Positions 1 to 55,741 of a stretch of 64,000 bases of DNA are shown piece after piece. Within the stretch, counting starts at the first letter, position 1, and each line of letters opens with the position of its first letter. The notes beneath the pieces are model-generated. The model ran no database searches and was not told the DNA's origin. It saw only the letters and a list, made by a program, of their open reading frames with translations. The DNA comes from Tubiluchus corallicola (lineage: Eukaryota; Animalia; Priapulida), in the NCBI GenBank assembly GCA_030141605.1, contig JAQGDQ010000793.1, positions 1 through 64,000 of the forward strand. Reading direction: 5' to 3'. The translations under genes were made by a program, and so were the position numbers.

Positions 1-863
1 CTTGTGAGTTAGAAGAGTAAACATCGTACAGCAAACAAGAGCAGTGTAAGTGAGCAGACGATTCAGAACTGTTTTAGTCACGCACAACAACAGATTTTCT
101 ACGTTTTTATAATTATGAGAACTTTGTCGGCCAACTTACAAGGAATTTTTGTCATTTTTGCAAATAAACAGACTTAGAAAAGTATACTTTTTAATTTATT
201 GCTAATTAACTTATTTAAATTAACATTTTAAGATATTTTTTTCTAATTTTTAACTATAGAAAGGAATTTAAGCATTACTTCGTTTCTAAAATTCGTTAAA
301 AACCATTGCAGTGCACAGTAAGCTGATGACTCATACTTCTATACCTGTAGTACTACACCCATCGGTTAATAGGGTCAGTTGGTTAATCGTGTCAAAACAC
401 TTGGGTCCCAAAGTGAGTCTATTAAGCGGCGCCTGCTGTATAATAAAATAATAGATTTAAAACTTAATTAAGGCGGTCGACCCCAACTATTGACGACGTC
501 ACAAACTAACATAACTTTCAAGGGCGAAAACATTCCACGAGCGCGTTGCACGTATGGGTGAAAACGAAAATTGAAAATTGAGTGTGTTGTATTAAAACTA
601 GGCAAGTTTTAAGGTAAAAATTCAAATTTCAAATTTACCGCTGCGCTCAAGCATGGGATGTCGAACATGTACAGTTCGTCACAAACTAACACATCTGAAC
701 TGAGAGGTACAACACCTGTTTTTTGTGCAACGTGTTTCCGAAATGCAGGCGCTAGTGTCCGTCTATCTAGCGAATTACGAAATGCGTGTAATAGCGACGA
801 ATTAGTGGCGCGAACGTGAAATTATGTTTGTGTGGTAATAAATTCTTTACGTAAGTCATTTTT
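1..863. repeat. Left arm of long inverted repeat (runs off the window start)
   Basis: Reverse complement of 2544-3407 with only a handful of differences. Confidence 0.95.
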
Positions 864-1763
864 GAACAAAAAAATAGCATTGGCGTTCTTGGCATTGGCA
901 GCATGCTTACCAATATTTATGATGGCAGCATGTTTGGATGCATTACAAAATTAGGAGGACCTGGATCTGGCATATTTCTGTTTCTATCCTGTAAATATCA
1001 TTACAATTATAATGGTGATTAAATGTAAATGTAGTAGACGGAGTATTTAATGTAGTAGACGAGGTATTTAATGTAGTAGATGGAGCATTTTAATGTTCAG
1101 TTTATCAATTACAAATTTATTTTGAGTTATTTTTATACTGTAATGATATATAATCCCATGTAGCGTCGAGGTTATTAGTGTCGTATTTAAAACTCGGCAA
1201 ATTTTAAGATAAAAATTGAAAGTTTAAATTTACCACTCAGGCATGAGTCCTTGGACACATGTACTGCATAACACACGAACAAGTCTAAATTGAGAAGTGC
1301 AGCACCTGTTTTCCATGCAAAGCGTTTCCGAAATACAGGTGCCAATGACCATCTTACGTATGTTTTCTTTCAGTATTTTAAAGAGTAGATTGTTTTGACT
1401 TACAGTTTAAGATTGGGTCCGGTTTTACTTTATGTACAAACTATTTTTGTTAATAATTAACGAATTATCTATCAATTTTTTTAATAAAAATAATACATCG
1501 AACTCATTCAATCATTATAATACGTACTTAGAGAAATTGTGAATTCTATTTTTTACCTGGATTACATTACCTTTCACCCCCCCCCCCCCCTTGAGAAAAT
1601 GGTTTACTCTCTACGAAATCATTAAGAGAAGCCCACTTGCCGAGATGCTAGATGAATGGCGAAATGCATGTAACAGTGAAGAACTAGCCAGGCGAAATTA
1701 CTTTTGTGTGGTAATAATTCTTTCATGTTAAGTCAATATTTACCCACATTGTCACAATGTCAT

Positions 1764-1989
1764 TGTTGTTTGTTTGCCACTGGTGTGCATTGTTTAATAC
1801 AGCATGTCCTTTCATAATAAAGTAAGAACATTGTTGTTTGTTTACTGCCCAGTGTGCATTGTTTAATACACATACAGCATGTCCTTTCATAATAAAGTAA
1901 GAACATTGTTGTTTGTTTGCTGCCCAGTGTGCATTGTTTAATACACATACAGCATGTCCTTTCATAATAAAGTAAGAACATTGTTGTTT
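1764..1989. repeat. ~75-bp tandem repeat x3 ending at the exon acceptor
   Basis: TTGTTGTTTG...GTAAGAACA units start near 1764, 1831 and 1906. Confidence 0.9.
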
Positions 1990-1992
1990 CAG

Positions 1993-2159
1993 GCGATGTT
2001 AACTTCGCTGCGGAGCTAGCCGACTTGAGGAACAGGCACAATTTCCACGTGGTGTGTCTCCACAGTTCACACGCCTCCAACGCGCTTCTGGCTCACGCGA
2101 ACGAGACGTACTTCTTCGACGATTTCGTCGCAGAAACCGAGAGCATCAGTAACGATAAG
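1993..2159 (+). CDS. MARF1: MARF1 exon 5, NYN C-terminal half, on the strand opposite exons 1-4
   Basis: TTTCAG acceptor with phase-1 start gives (G)DVNFAAELADLRNRHNFHVVCLHSSHASNALLAHANETYFFDDF, homologous to MARF1 [24 protein letters not shown]; GT donor at 2160. Confidence 0.85.
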
Positions 2160-2283
2160 GTGCAGTCACCGCTGAAGGTATCGAATGCCTGCTATTGTTG
2201 AAGGGCTTTGCAATAAAACATTGGCAGTTTCTTGTGCAATGCAGATTTGACTGTTTTCTTGTTGAGGGAGACCACATTTACAT

Positions 2284-2494
<211 letters not shown>

Positions 2495-2543
2495 CCAAAA
2501 CAATCTACTCATTAAGATATTGAAATGAAACATTCTTTTTTTT

Positions 2544-3407
2544 AAAAATGACTTACGTGAAAGAATTTATTACCACACAAACATAATTTCACGTTCGCGC
2601 CACTAATTCACCGCTATTACATGCATTTCGTAATTCGCTAGATAGACGGACACTAGCGCCTGCATTTCGGAAACATGTTGCACAAAAAACAGGTGTTGTA
2701 CCTCTCAGTTCAGATGTGTTAGTTTGTGACGAACTGTACATGTTCGACATCTCGTGCTTGAGCGCAGCGGTAAATTTGAAATTTGAATTTTTACCTTAAA
2801 ACTTGCCTAGTTTTAATACAACACACTCAATTTTCAATTTTCGTTTTCACCCATACGTGCAACGCGCTCGTGGAATGTTTTCGCCCTTGAAAGTTATGTT
2901 AGTTTGTGACGTCGTCAATAGTTGGGGTCGACCGCCTTAATTAAGTTTTAAATCTATTATTTTATTATACAGCAGGCGCCGCTTAATAGACTCACTTTGG
3001 GACCCAAGTGTTTTGACACGATTAACCAACTGACCCTATTAACCGATGGGTGTAGTACTACAGGTATAGAAGTATGAGTCATCAGCTTACTGTGCACTGC
3101 AATGGTTTTTAACGAATTTTAGAAACGAAGTAATGCTTAAATTCCTTTCTATAGTTAAAAATTAGAAAAAAATATCTTAAAATGTTAATTTAAATAAGTT
3201 AATTAGCAATAAATTAAAAAGTATACTTTTCTAAGTCTGTTTATTTGCAAAAATGACAAAAATTCCTTGTAAGTTGGCCGACAAAGTTCTCATAATTATA
3301 AAAACGTAGAAAATCTGTTGTTGTGCGTGACTAAAACAGTTCTGAATCGTCTGCTCACTTACACTGCTCTTGTTTGCTGTAAGATGTTTACTCTTCTAAC
3401 TCACAAG
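2544..3407. repeat. Right arm of long inverted repeat
   Basis: Reverse complement of 1-863. Confidence 0.95.
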
Positions 3408-3849
3408 AGTCACAAATGTTTTTATCATTTCATATCAAATTTGCTCTGTCTCCCACTTAAAGTCTAAATGCTATTTTTAGTTTTAATCAAGATTGACCTT
3501 ATTTTGTAGCCCGCTAATTAAAGTACATGTATTTTCTTTACTCTGGATTACTTAACTACACAGCAAATGTCATAATTTTAAAATTATTAATGTTTCCTAA
3601 ATTAAACTGGCAACATTAATACCCACCAGTGTCTAAAAATCTTTTTATCTATATTCGGTAAAGGATAGCAGACTAGGTGACTTTACAGTCTTTTCGCTAT
3701 CCTTTCTCTAGCTCTAGACCTATCTATACATTTTAACCATTCTTCAAAACTTATTAGCGATTCTTTTATTAATCATGTTTTATTGTAGTATTATAAAGAG
3801 ATAAAAAAATTAAAATTGAATTGAATTGAATTACTTTTTAAGGTCTTAC

Positions 3850-3967
3850 CAGATATAAGAATAATAGTTGCCGGAGCCGTGTACGTGTGCGCGAAACGTC
3901 TCAAGATTTGCCTCAGTTTATCGTCGGCAGCGTTCTTACATATGGCGTTCACATGTACAACCGTTAC
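3850..3967 (-). CDS. MARF1: MARF1 exon 4, NYN domain ([39 protein letters not shown])
   Basis: [10 protein letters not shown] motif of MARF1; CAG acceptor and GTAAG donor; ends in phase 1. Confidence 0.9.
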
Positions 3968-4349
3968 CTGTATTCAAAAATGGTAACACTTATGTAAATA
4001 GAAAAGAAAATTATTAATTATATAAAATGTGCTCACCAATTGGTAAAGTGTCGCTGACTCACCCTCCAGGGTGCACCACTCACTAAGAAATAACGTATTT
4101 TTAATCTTACTGACAAGATACAGTAATTTAAAATTTTACTTAATTAGTAACACGTGCGCTACGAATGCTCTGATTATTTTTTCAAACTGTACTCAATGTT
4201 ATCAAAACTTGTTTCAAAAAACGACCTGCGATTAAAATGGCTGCGTCTGACGGTCATCGCGGGAGTTTAAATCCACACGTTTTATACAGCGTTACTGCCA
4301 ATGCAAGCCGTGTATACAATAAGACAACATGTTCAAAGTTCCTACTCAC

Positions 4350-4376
4350 CTGCCCGTCAATAAGATCTTGTATTAC
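4350..4376 (-). CDS. MARF1: MARF1 exon 3, 27-nt microexon (VIQDLIDGQ)
   Basis: TTTTGCAG acceptor and GTGAGT donor, phase 0/0; fills the gap corresponding to vertebrate VIQELNNCQ. Confidence 0.8.
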
Positions 4377-5154
4377 CTGCAAAAGTATAACGTTCATTGT
4401 TATAACCAGGTGTATACAACGCGTGTGTATGTAGACAATGGAAGGTTCTCTGTTATTAAGCAACTTCTGCTGCCAACCCCTTCTATACAAAGCTAGTACA
4501 TTAGTAGTAATCTTGTCAGTGCAATGCGTTATTAATAATTAAAATTATGCTTGTTTATTTCGTTTTACACAGCATTAACAGAATGGCTACACTGTTTCTC
4601 GACACTAGGCGAAGGAGCTGCACGAGCAGCCAACGGCTAGAGGACGGAGGAGGTCAAGTGGCCCAACGGTCATGTGTAGAGGAGTAAACCTTCCAAATCA
4701 GGAGTGGAGCCCCGAAGGCGGACCAGTGCAGCATGCTCACTGACTCCGGCAGCTCCTGCAGCCAACCTGGTGCCAAACGTATCGCTCCGCTTTCCTTTGG
4801 ACTATACCAGGGAGGAAGAGAGGGGGTTCCTGTTGTATGGGCAACTCAGGATCTCCATACACCTTGCCCAGGCGTGCGCCCTGGAGAAGTTCAAGGATCA
4901 CATGTGCATGTAGACAATGAAAGTTTCTCTGTTATTAAGCAGCTTCCATTTCAATTGCTTTTAAGGTAAAAATCCGTTGCCAACCCCTTCTATACAAAGC
5001 TAGTACATTAGTAGCAATCTTGTCCGTGCCATGCGTTATTAATAATTAAAGCAGATAGCAGTGACAGAACACAGACATCCAAAACTTTGTATTCCCAATA
5101 AAATTAGCATGGGATATCACTCTTTCATTTAGCGGCGATTTTAAGAGATAGAAC

Positions 5155-5530
5155 AAGTCACTTGACATGCTGAGTTTATCTTACACTTTTAACTATTTGT
5201 GGTGTGTTAAATGAAAGGACAAGTCATTTAGCATGTTGAGTTTATTTTACAGTTATTATTTAAACTGTTTGTGGTGTGTTAAATGAAAGGACATTCAAGT
5301 CACTTAGCATGTTGAGTTTATCTCACAGTTATCATTTAAACTGTTTGTGGTGTGTTAAATGAAAGGACAAGTCACTTAGCATGTTGAGTTTATTTTACAG
5401 TTAGCATTTAAACTGTTTGTGGTGTGTTAAATGAAAGGACATTCAAGTCACTTAGCATGTTGAGTTTATTTCACAGTTATCATTTAAACTGTTTGTGGTG
5501 TGTTAAATGAAAGGACAAGTCATTTAGCAT
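5155..5530. repeat. ~72-76-bp tandem repeat x5
   Basis: GTGGTGTGTTAAATGAAAGGAC recurs every 72-76 bp. Confidence 0.9.
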
Positions 5531-5771
5531 GTTTAGTTTATTTTACAGTAAACACTTAAAACTTAAGAAATACAACGAAGAGATTTGCAAAAAACTGTCT
5601 ACCAATCACAAAGCTAATTTATACTGCAGCCGTACAGAAATTTTCAGTTGTACCGCCAGTCACTTACGACATAATTAATAATACGCAAAATTACGACATA
5701 ACTGGTGGACTTCGTGACTTTTCGTAAGCGCGCCCTGCTTAAACTAATTCAGAAAGTGCTTTCCCACCTAC

Positions 5772-5986
5772 CTCCTTTCGTTCCTTATTAATATCGCACA
5801 CGCAGACGAACTCCGCCTCATAATGTCCGGCGAAGAATCTCTGTCGGACGTACTGAGATATGAGTAGGGCCGACTTGTCGCCGGGAACGCGGCAGTTCTC
5901 AATGTCCCAGAAAACGCCGATGGGCGGCAACTTGGGCTTCGGAACAACGAATTTCTGAGGAGAGTTCTGACAACTGCAGCCGGTTC
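5772..5986 (-). CDS. MARF1: MARF1 exon 2, start of NYN (LabA/PIN-like) RNase domain
   Basis: [13 protein letters not shown]...[22 protein letters not shown] matches the MARF1/Limkain-b1 NYN N-terminus; TTTTCAG acceptor and GTAGGT donor. Confidence 0.9.
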
Positions 5987-7430
5987 CTGAAAATGTATAT
6001 TAGTATTTCTTATTGCTATTGTAGATATAAATCTAGTACTATATAAAAACAAATAAGTGGTGTACATTATAAAACTATACACACAAGATAAAAAACTGCA
6101 CAAGAGGAGTAGAGGTTATTTTAAATAATAGACAAAGTGGTACTAAAGAATTCCAATATTGAAATTTGTTTTTGATATAAGCACGTGGTGCCTCCTTGTG
6201 GTTGTTTTTTACAAATTTAGGCTGTTGATAGACAGGTGAGCTAGGACAGGAAACAGGCCATTGGTCTTATTTTGCAGACAGGATAGGAAAGAAGTCATTC
6301 TTGTTCAGTACGTCGTGTCGTTTTATCACAAAATTTTGTCAGTCGAGTTCTCTTTAGCAGGTTAGTAAGATGCGACAAAGATGTAAGTTTCATTTCTTCA
6401 TATTTCAGAATATTATTATACATTTTCATTATAGCAGTTAATTATCCTGTTGACGTTGGATTAGCAGAAAATATTTTATTTGCTTCAGATAAAACGAAGT
6501 CGAGTCACTCATAATATGTCAGTCAGTCAGTCAGTCAGTCAAATATGTCAAGATGTGATAGTGATTTTGGAATGAGATGATGATTGCCCATCTTGGACAA
6601 TAAAAAAATCATAAATTACATCTAAAAGACTGTTGCATTTGTATTTCGCGCATGTTGCGCACAAAACTACAATGCAAAAGTATATAAAAACTGTCTGCAA
6701 TTGACTCAAATAACTCCGCACAATTGATTCTATATTTTTATACATAGAGATATACACGTGGTTACACTGATGTACGGGATGTAAACAAAGTGACGGCCTG
6801 CCAACTAGCGGTCAGCTTGTGAAATAATGTACTGGGTCCGTAAAAATTTTCTCAACGAATTTACGTGATTTACAAAAATGGCACTACTGGTCTTCCAAAA
6901 ACTCGGAATTCTGCGTATCCGCGGAAAATTCTCATCCCTGGTAACGATACACCTAAGTCACGATACGATACGATACATGTCGCGATACTAACCTCACGAT
7001 ACAATGCGTATCATGATACACATTGAGTTAACACTTGCAGGCTTTAATAAAAAAAAACTAGATCAAGCTGTTGACACATTACATGTATACATTAGATTAA
7101 TCAAACAATTTTAAAATTGCAGAGTGCTAAAATAATTCAGCAAGCTGTTTGATTTCTGTTTAAGCTCTTGTATTGTATTGTAAGCCACCAGAAATGCAAA
7201 ACTTTTTGATTTAAAATACGCTGGTGCATTGATTAGTTCACATCTCCTGCAAGCCATTTCAGAAACTTGTAAGCATAAACTTAATTGACCTACTAATAGA
7301 AACGCATTGCGCTTTCAACGGCTTGGCTTTGTCTGGCTGCTGGCAGGCAGGTCTGCCCGTGTCAAGATTAAGCTGCTTATATATGCTGCACTCGCTGCAC
7401 TTATTCAATACAGCGCAGTTTGAATGATTT

Positions 7431-7805
7431 CGTATTGTGTTTTGTTTCTCTCGGAAGGCTCGTAGAGAAAACCAGAAAACGCTTCATCAAATTAAACTAG
7501 TTTATTAAACGAGAATTCTACAACACAAAAGTATGAAGGAACACGAAATGATTACGCTAAACGTGAGAATCTGGAAAACGTGTAAGTGCATCTGAAAATA
7601 CAAGTATACAAGAGAATGGGTAAGTGTACGTCTGTGAGAAATCTGCGTGCGTCTCTCTCAGCGGCCTGCTTCGCCTTATATAGGGTGCCAGGGAACATTC
7701 TAGACGTTTCCTTCTAGAACATTCTACAAGGTAAGACGATTATACAAACAGAACATTCTACAATGTTCTAGGTAATTCTAATAGATGCCAGCGATCTCCA
7801 CAACA
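7431..7805 (-). mobile_element. Probable solo LTR nested in a DNA-transposon relic (~6941-7945)
   Basis: Minus strand starts TGTTGTGG, contains TATATAA and then AATAAA, and ends ...CAATACG (CA mutated); flanked by 4-bp ATTT repeats. Confidence 0.5.
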
Positions 7806-8600
7806 ATTTCACACTGATTTTATCAGCGGGCGGTCAAGCTTGTACTAAATATCAATAATTCACATTATCACGATGCTGATGCATTTTGACGATACGCGTA
7901 CCGTTACAAAAGCTATCACGATGCATCGATGTATCGTTACAGGCTTAATGGCAAGGCTGAATGATAGGATGGAGTTCTTCAATGAAAATTATCCTCCAAT
8001 CTAACACCGGCAGAGTGGTCCCATGCGCGTTCAAAGGCGCGTGCCTCCCCCACGTAAATACATGAACCAGAAGGTCAGACACATATCAGAGAAGCAGCCT
8101 TACTGGCAGCCAGGCACAAAATCCGATGCAGTAATTTGAACATGCTTCTTATACTGCAGGCAAAATGGACAATAATTTGGCGCAGAGACAATTGTGAGGT
8201 ATTTTCAATGAGTTGCTCAGTAGTTCATAAATTTGTCACTTAGCTATGCAATATCTGCTGTTACCTCTATCTGATGCCTTACCAGCTGTACCATCTGGAT
8301 CATAAATTTGTTATTTTTCAAATTCAAAAATTTTTCGATTAATGTATTGCAATTGTCAGGGCAATTTATCTTGCTTTTTTTACCTTTTTTCTTTCTTTTT
8401 GCTATTCACATGTATATTCATAGACTCTTTATAGATATATGTTATAACTTTCATGAAACAAACAGTTGATAACTATCACTTCTCTTAAAGTTACTGATAT
8501 AAATTTCATCTCACAATGTTTAGCCATGCATATCTGATAACCATGATTTGTTTTTTTGCTGTTGTTGTATTTTTGTTTTTTGTATTTATGGACACGTTTA

Positions 8601-9040
8601 CCGTATATACTCGCATATAAGCCGAATTTAGAACTATAAAATACAATACTGAAATCAGGGGGTCGACTTATATGCGCATGAAACAAAATGAACACAAGGA
8701 CAGACACTAATGCCAATTTTCCAGCCACACATTTTCATCGCTATCTGACTCTTTATTTGGTTGTGTGTCACCAGTGGTGTATTGGAGGGGGATCGTGGGG
8801 GATCGCCGTCCACCCACTTTTTTTTAGAAAAAATTCACATAGAAAAAATTTCTATGAACCAAAAATACCCAATTAACAAAATGTGACAAAAAGGGATCAA
8901 TTTTGTTGATTGGGTATGGAGTAAAATTAGACAAGTTGATTTTCGGCTTATATACGGGTTTTTGCAAAAACTGGCCATTTTAAAGCAATTTTAGGGGGTC
9001 GGCTTATATGCGATGTAGGCTTATAAGCGAGTATATACGG
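8601..9040. mobile_element. Tc1/mariner (pogo/Tigger-like) MITE
   Basis: TIR CCGTATATACTCGC / GCGAGTATATACGG flanked by TA. Confidence 0.8.
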
Positions 9041-9294
9041 TATGTATTTTTTTAATAGTTGTGTTCTGCTGTCATTAGCGTCTTTTTGTTTACTGTCTTT
9101 CTGAGAAGGGTGGTAGACTCGATAACCTCTGGTTTTTCACCACCCTTTCTCCCATGTTTGTTTGTATTTTTGTATATGTTATTGTCAAATTATTGTAAAT
9201 TTATGGAGAAAATAAAAAATTACAATTATTACTAATTACTATTACTAACTTTTCCTTAAAATCATAGAGTTTTAAAAGCAAAATTTGAACTCAC

Positions 9295-9385
9295 CCGAAC
9301 GATCAAAGTTTGAAACATTAAACATGTCGGTGGGAGAATCACTCCGGTCACTCCGCGTATAAACATCCACTGCTTGCGGTTGCAT
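9295..9385 (-). CDS. MARF1: MARF1/Limkain-b1 putative first coding exon (MQPQAVDVY...FDRSG)
   Basis: ATG at 9385 with an in-frame upstream stop; GTGAGT donor at 9294; 91 nt ending in phase 1, which joins in frame to the 5986 acceptor. No homology support for this peptide. Confidence 0.6.
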
Positions 9386-11403
9386 GCCAGTACAGCTTCG
9401 GTAATCCGGTTCAGTTAAAAAAAACTCATTATTTTTAACGGAAATTCAATGCTGTTGGTTCCACTTTACTTGAAAAACCTTGTAAAAAAATGTAATACAG
9501 TCTCCCAAGACTTGCCATCTTTAACATGAATGAAATGTTGAATGTCCAGTGTAACAATTTTAAAAACAACTGACACAATTAAATTTACCAGGCTAAGATA
9601 GCCGTTGACATAAACGCTACTTCTAGTGGATGTCAACTGACCAAATATCAACAGAATGTAAAAAACAACATTTGTGTTGCTAGCAAAATCGTCTATAAGT
9701 CGGCAGTTAAGCTTTTCTAGCTATTCGCACACTGTATGCGGAATCTGTATTTCATGAGGATCATTTTGATACCAAGTTCATTGCTCTACGTTATTTCTAA
9801 ACTCAGACAATCCACGTTGAAGTTGAGGTGCAGGTTGCACACAGAAAACATAATCTTGAGAAAATCACTGTTAAAGTCAGCCATTGTTTTTTGTCGAGTC
9901 CATACAAAACACTTAACTACCGTACGAAAGTGTGGTTTGCTATGGATTTTGCAAGAACACATTGAAGTTATGTTTAAATCCAGTAGATGGCTCTTCCTTA
10001 CGAAGATCTGGGCTTGTTAACAGAAAAAACCTGAAGTAAAATAACTGCTTCCATGCGCTACTATCGAAGTTTGAAAATAAAAGTTTTTTGCTATTGCATT
10101 ACTAGTTTTTAGCCAGAAAAATGAGTACGGGATTATAAAATTGGAGTTTTAGTGTTTTTCAACATTTTCTTGATAATTTGATGCTAGAATTCCAAAACTT
10201 CTAATATATTCAGCATTTGTTTTTAGAAAAAACAAAAAATTGATATTTGACGAAATTTTTGGTACATTCTACTTGGAAGCATCATAATGTAGTTTTAACT
10301 GTGCCGACTTGTGGACGGTTTTGGTTTGCAAGTACACAGAGCAAATGCAGCAAATATAATGTAAAGTAACTGTAAGGTATTTTAAGTTATTAAGCATGCA
10401 TTTATCATCAAATTAATTTATTTAAAATCTTGCTTATCGCATGTGGTATCATGCAATTTTTGTCATCAAATTTGTCAGTGTAAATTCAATGGCAAAAATA
10501 TTCTTCAGCGTTATTAAGCATGCTTGTAAAACTTTATGAAATGTACAAATTTTCCTAGCAAAGTTTTTGGACGATTTTCACAAACAGTTGAGTACAATTT
10601 CAATTTTCTTAAGAACTGATTATTGATTATGATCAATATAATCTGGGAAAACAGTACGTTATAGTAAAATCTTATATTCATTTACAATGAAATCACCATA
10701 TCAAGGCCAGGCCAACCTATTTCGTTATAAACATTAAAAAACACATCTTTCTAAACAATTTTAGCCTAGATTAGTGTACTTTATCTATCTGTAATTTACA
10801 TTTAATTTTAGTATCTATCAAATAAAGTAAATAAATCACTGACATAGCAAATATGTGTCAGTTATACAAATCATAACCACCCGATTTGAAATGGGTTGGA
10901 AAAACGTATGCTATCGAATCAGCCACACCAGTTTCACACGTTAATGTGCACTAAAATATAGTAACGATAATCAGTGTGTCATACAAATTTTATTCAAACC
11001 TAATGACAGTAATGTGTAATGTAATGTAAACTGTTTAAGAGCATTTTTCAGAAAATCTTATTTTTTGAAAAATCTCTTGATTTGACTTGCTTACTCCACC
11101 CTACCTAATAAAGAGTTTTCCATCTTCATCATAAAAATTTTAAACCAAATGCCACATAAAATTGCTGCTGTTTAATAGGTCCACTGCTATAACAATCACA
11201 GGCAAACCATACTACTACTAAATTTCTGAAGCAAAACCTACTAAAAGCCCAAGACATAAAAGTAAAATTCTTGGTGTCTTTTTATAAAATGTTTTTTTCA
11301 TAACCACGCTAAAAATTTTGTCTAAGAACTAGTGAACAGCATCAATCAAGTAGCTAGATAATTTCATCATTCTGCTCATGCAATATTTTTCAGTTTACAG
11401 GGC

Positions 11404-11846
11404 GCCGCCATATTGTTCCACTTAGTTTAAAATTAACTAAGCATGTGATTCACCGCCAGATTTAGTGTACAAATTCGGAAAAATTCTGATGCAATATTTT
11501 GCATTTGAAAGGTAATGCTAACTAATTTTCAGTTTTGCGAATAAAATACTGAAAGGATTTATTTATTCTACCTTTTTGTTTTATTAGCAGCATTTTAACG
11601 GTATCAGCAAATGGAAAATATTATTTTATTTATTAATGTTGGGCACGAAACTGTGCAACCAAATCGAAAGCTGGAAAAAAGTAAACTATTTTTCGCTTTG
11701 GTTTTGGAGAAATATGGCGGCTGGATCGGAAATTTCAATCTGTGCCGCGAAAAATTGCTGTAAATGAGATGTACATGTGCGCAAGTGTGGGCGATATACT
11801 TAGTGCGATTAGTATTGAAACTTGACTGGGTGATTTTGTAGTAAAA
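11404..11846. promoter_or_regulatory. Putative bidirectional promoter for MARF1 and BPTF with divergent YY1/Pho-type motifs
   Basis: CAATATGGCGGC on the minus strand (11404-11415) and AAATATGGCGGC on the plus strand (11710-11721), pointing outward between head-to-head genes. Confidence 0.55.
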
Positions 11847-54831
<42,985 letters not shown>

Positions 54832-54921
54832 TGGCGGAGAATCCGCGTGGAACGGTGACTGAATCCATGTAAAAGTTGTAAAAAAAACATACGGAAGGTG
54901 GCAAATGATTTTTATATGCAC

Positions 54922-55035
54922 GACGTGGAGAAACTGGATTTCTACTTCGCGGCGAAGCAGACGTGGAGAAACTGGATTTCTACTTCGCGGCGAAGCAGAC
55001 GTGGAGAAACTGGATTTCTACTTCGCGGCGAAGCA
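54922..55035 (+). repeat. 38-bp perfect tandem repeat x3 in the BPTF 3' UTR
   Basis: GACGTGGAGAAACTGGATTTCTACTTCGCGGCGAAGCA. Confidence 0.95.
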
Positions 55036-55741
55036 GTTAACTTATATAGTATATATAGTTCAGCATAAAGTTTGTAAATTTTGGTATATTTTTAAATAAC
55101 ATCTGTCGTCCGTATACTGTACTCGCTAGTATCCCCGAATCGCCGTCATCATCATCATCGTCGTCATTTCTGCTGAGAAGTACGTTGTAAAAAAGCTTTG
55201 TAAATATGTTGGCATTGTGCGAAAACGAAACGTGTCGCGCGCGCGTGTACAGGCGGACCGAATTGTAAAGTTTCTCTACGAGCTCATGGACCACGAGGGG
55301 TGCGATCTAGTTCAACCCGACGCTCGCCCTCGTTTGGTGAATTTCCCTAATTTATGCTTTTATCGTTTGCTCTGTAAATGGATTGTGTTGAATTTGATTT
55401 TTCCCCTTTCTCGTTTATCGTCGACGTTTGGCGCATCCCTCGCGTTCTGGCAAAAACGCTCACTAGATGGCCCTGGTGGTGCATCCGTGCACAGGAAATG
55501 TAGAAAGATTTCCGCTCTTAATCCTGTACCGGTATGAAAAGTTTATGGCATTTAACTATGTTCTCGTCGCAAATTTATAAAAGGTTACTGTTGCCATAGT
55601 AACCGAAAGAACGTAGGGCTGTTGCTATAGTAACCGAAAGAACGTAGTGACCTTATTACTTTCCCCCTAGTGACATCTATTGGTGAAAAATTTTTCCTTA
55701 AACATTCTGTTACTACGACAGCTTAAAGACGAACTCCATTT

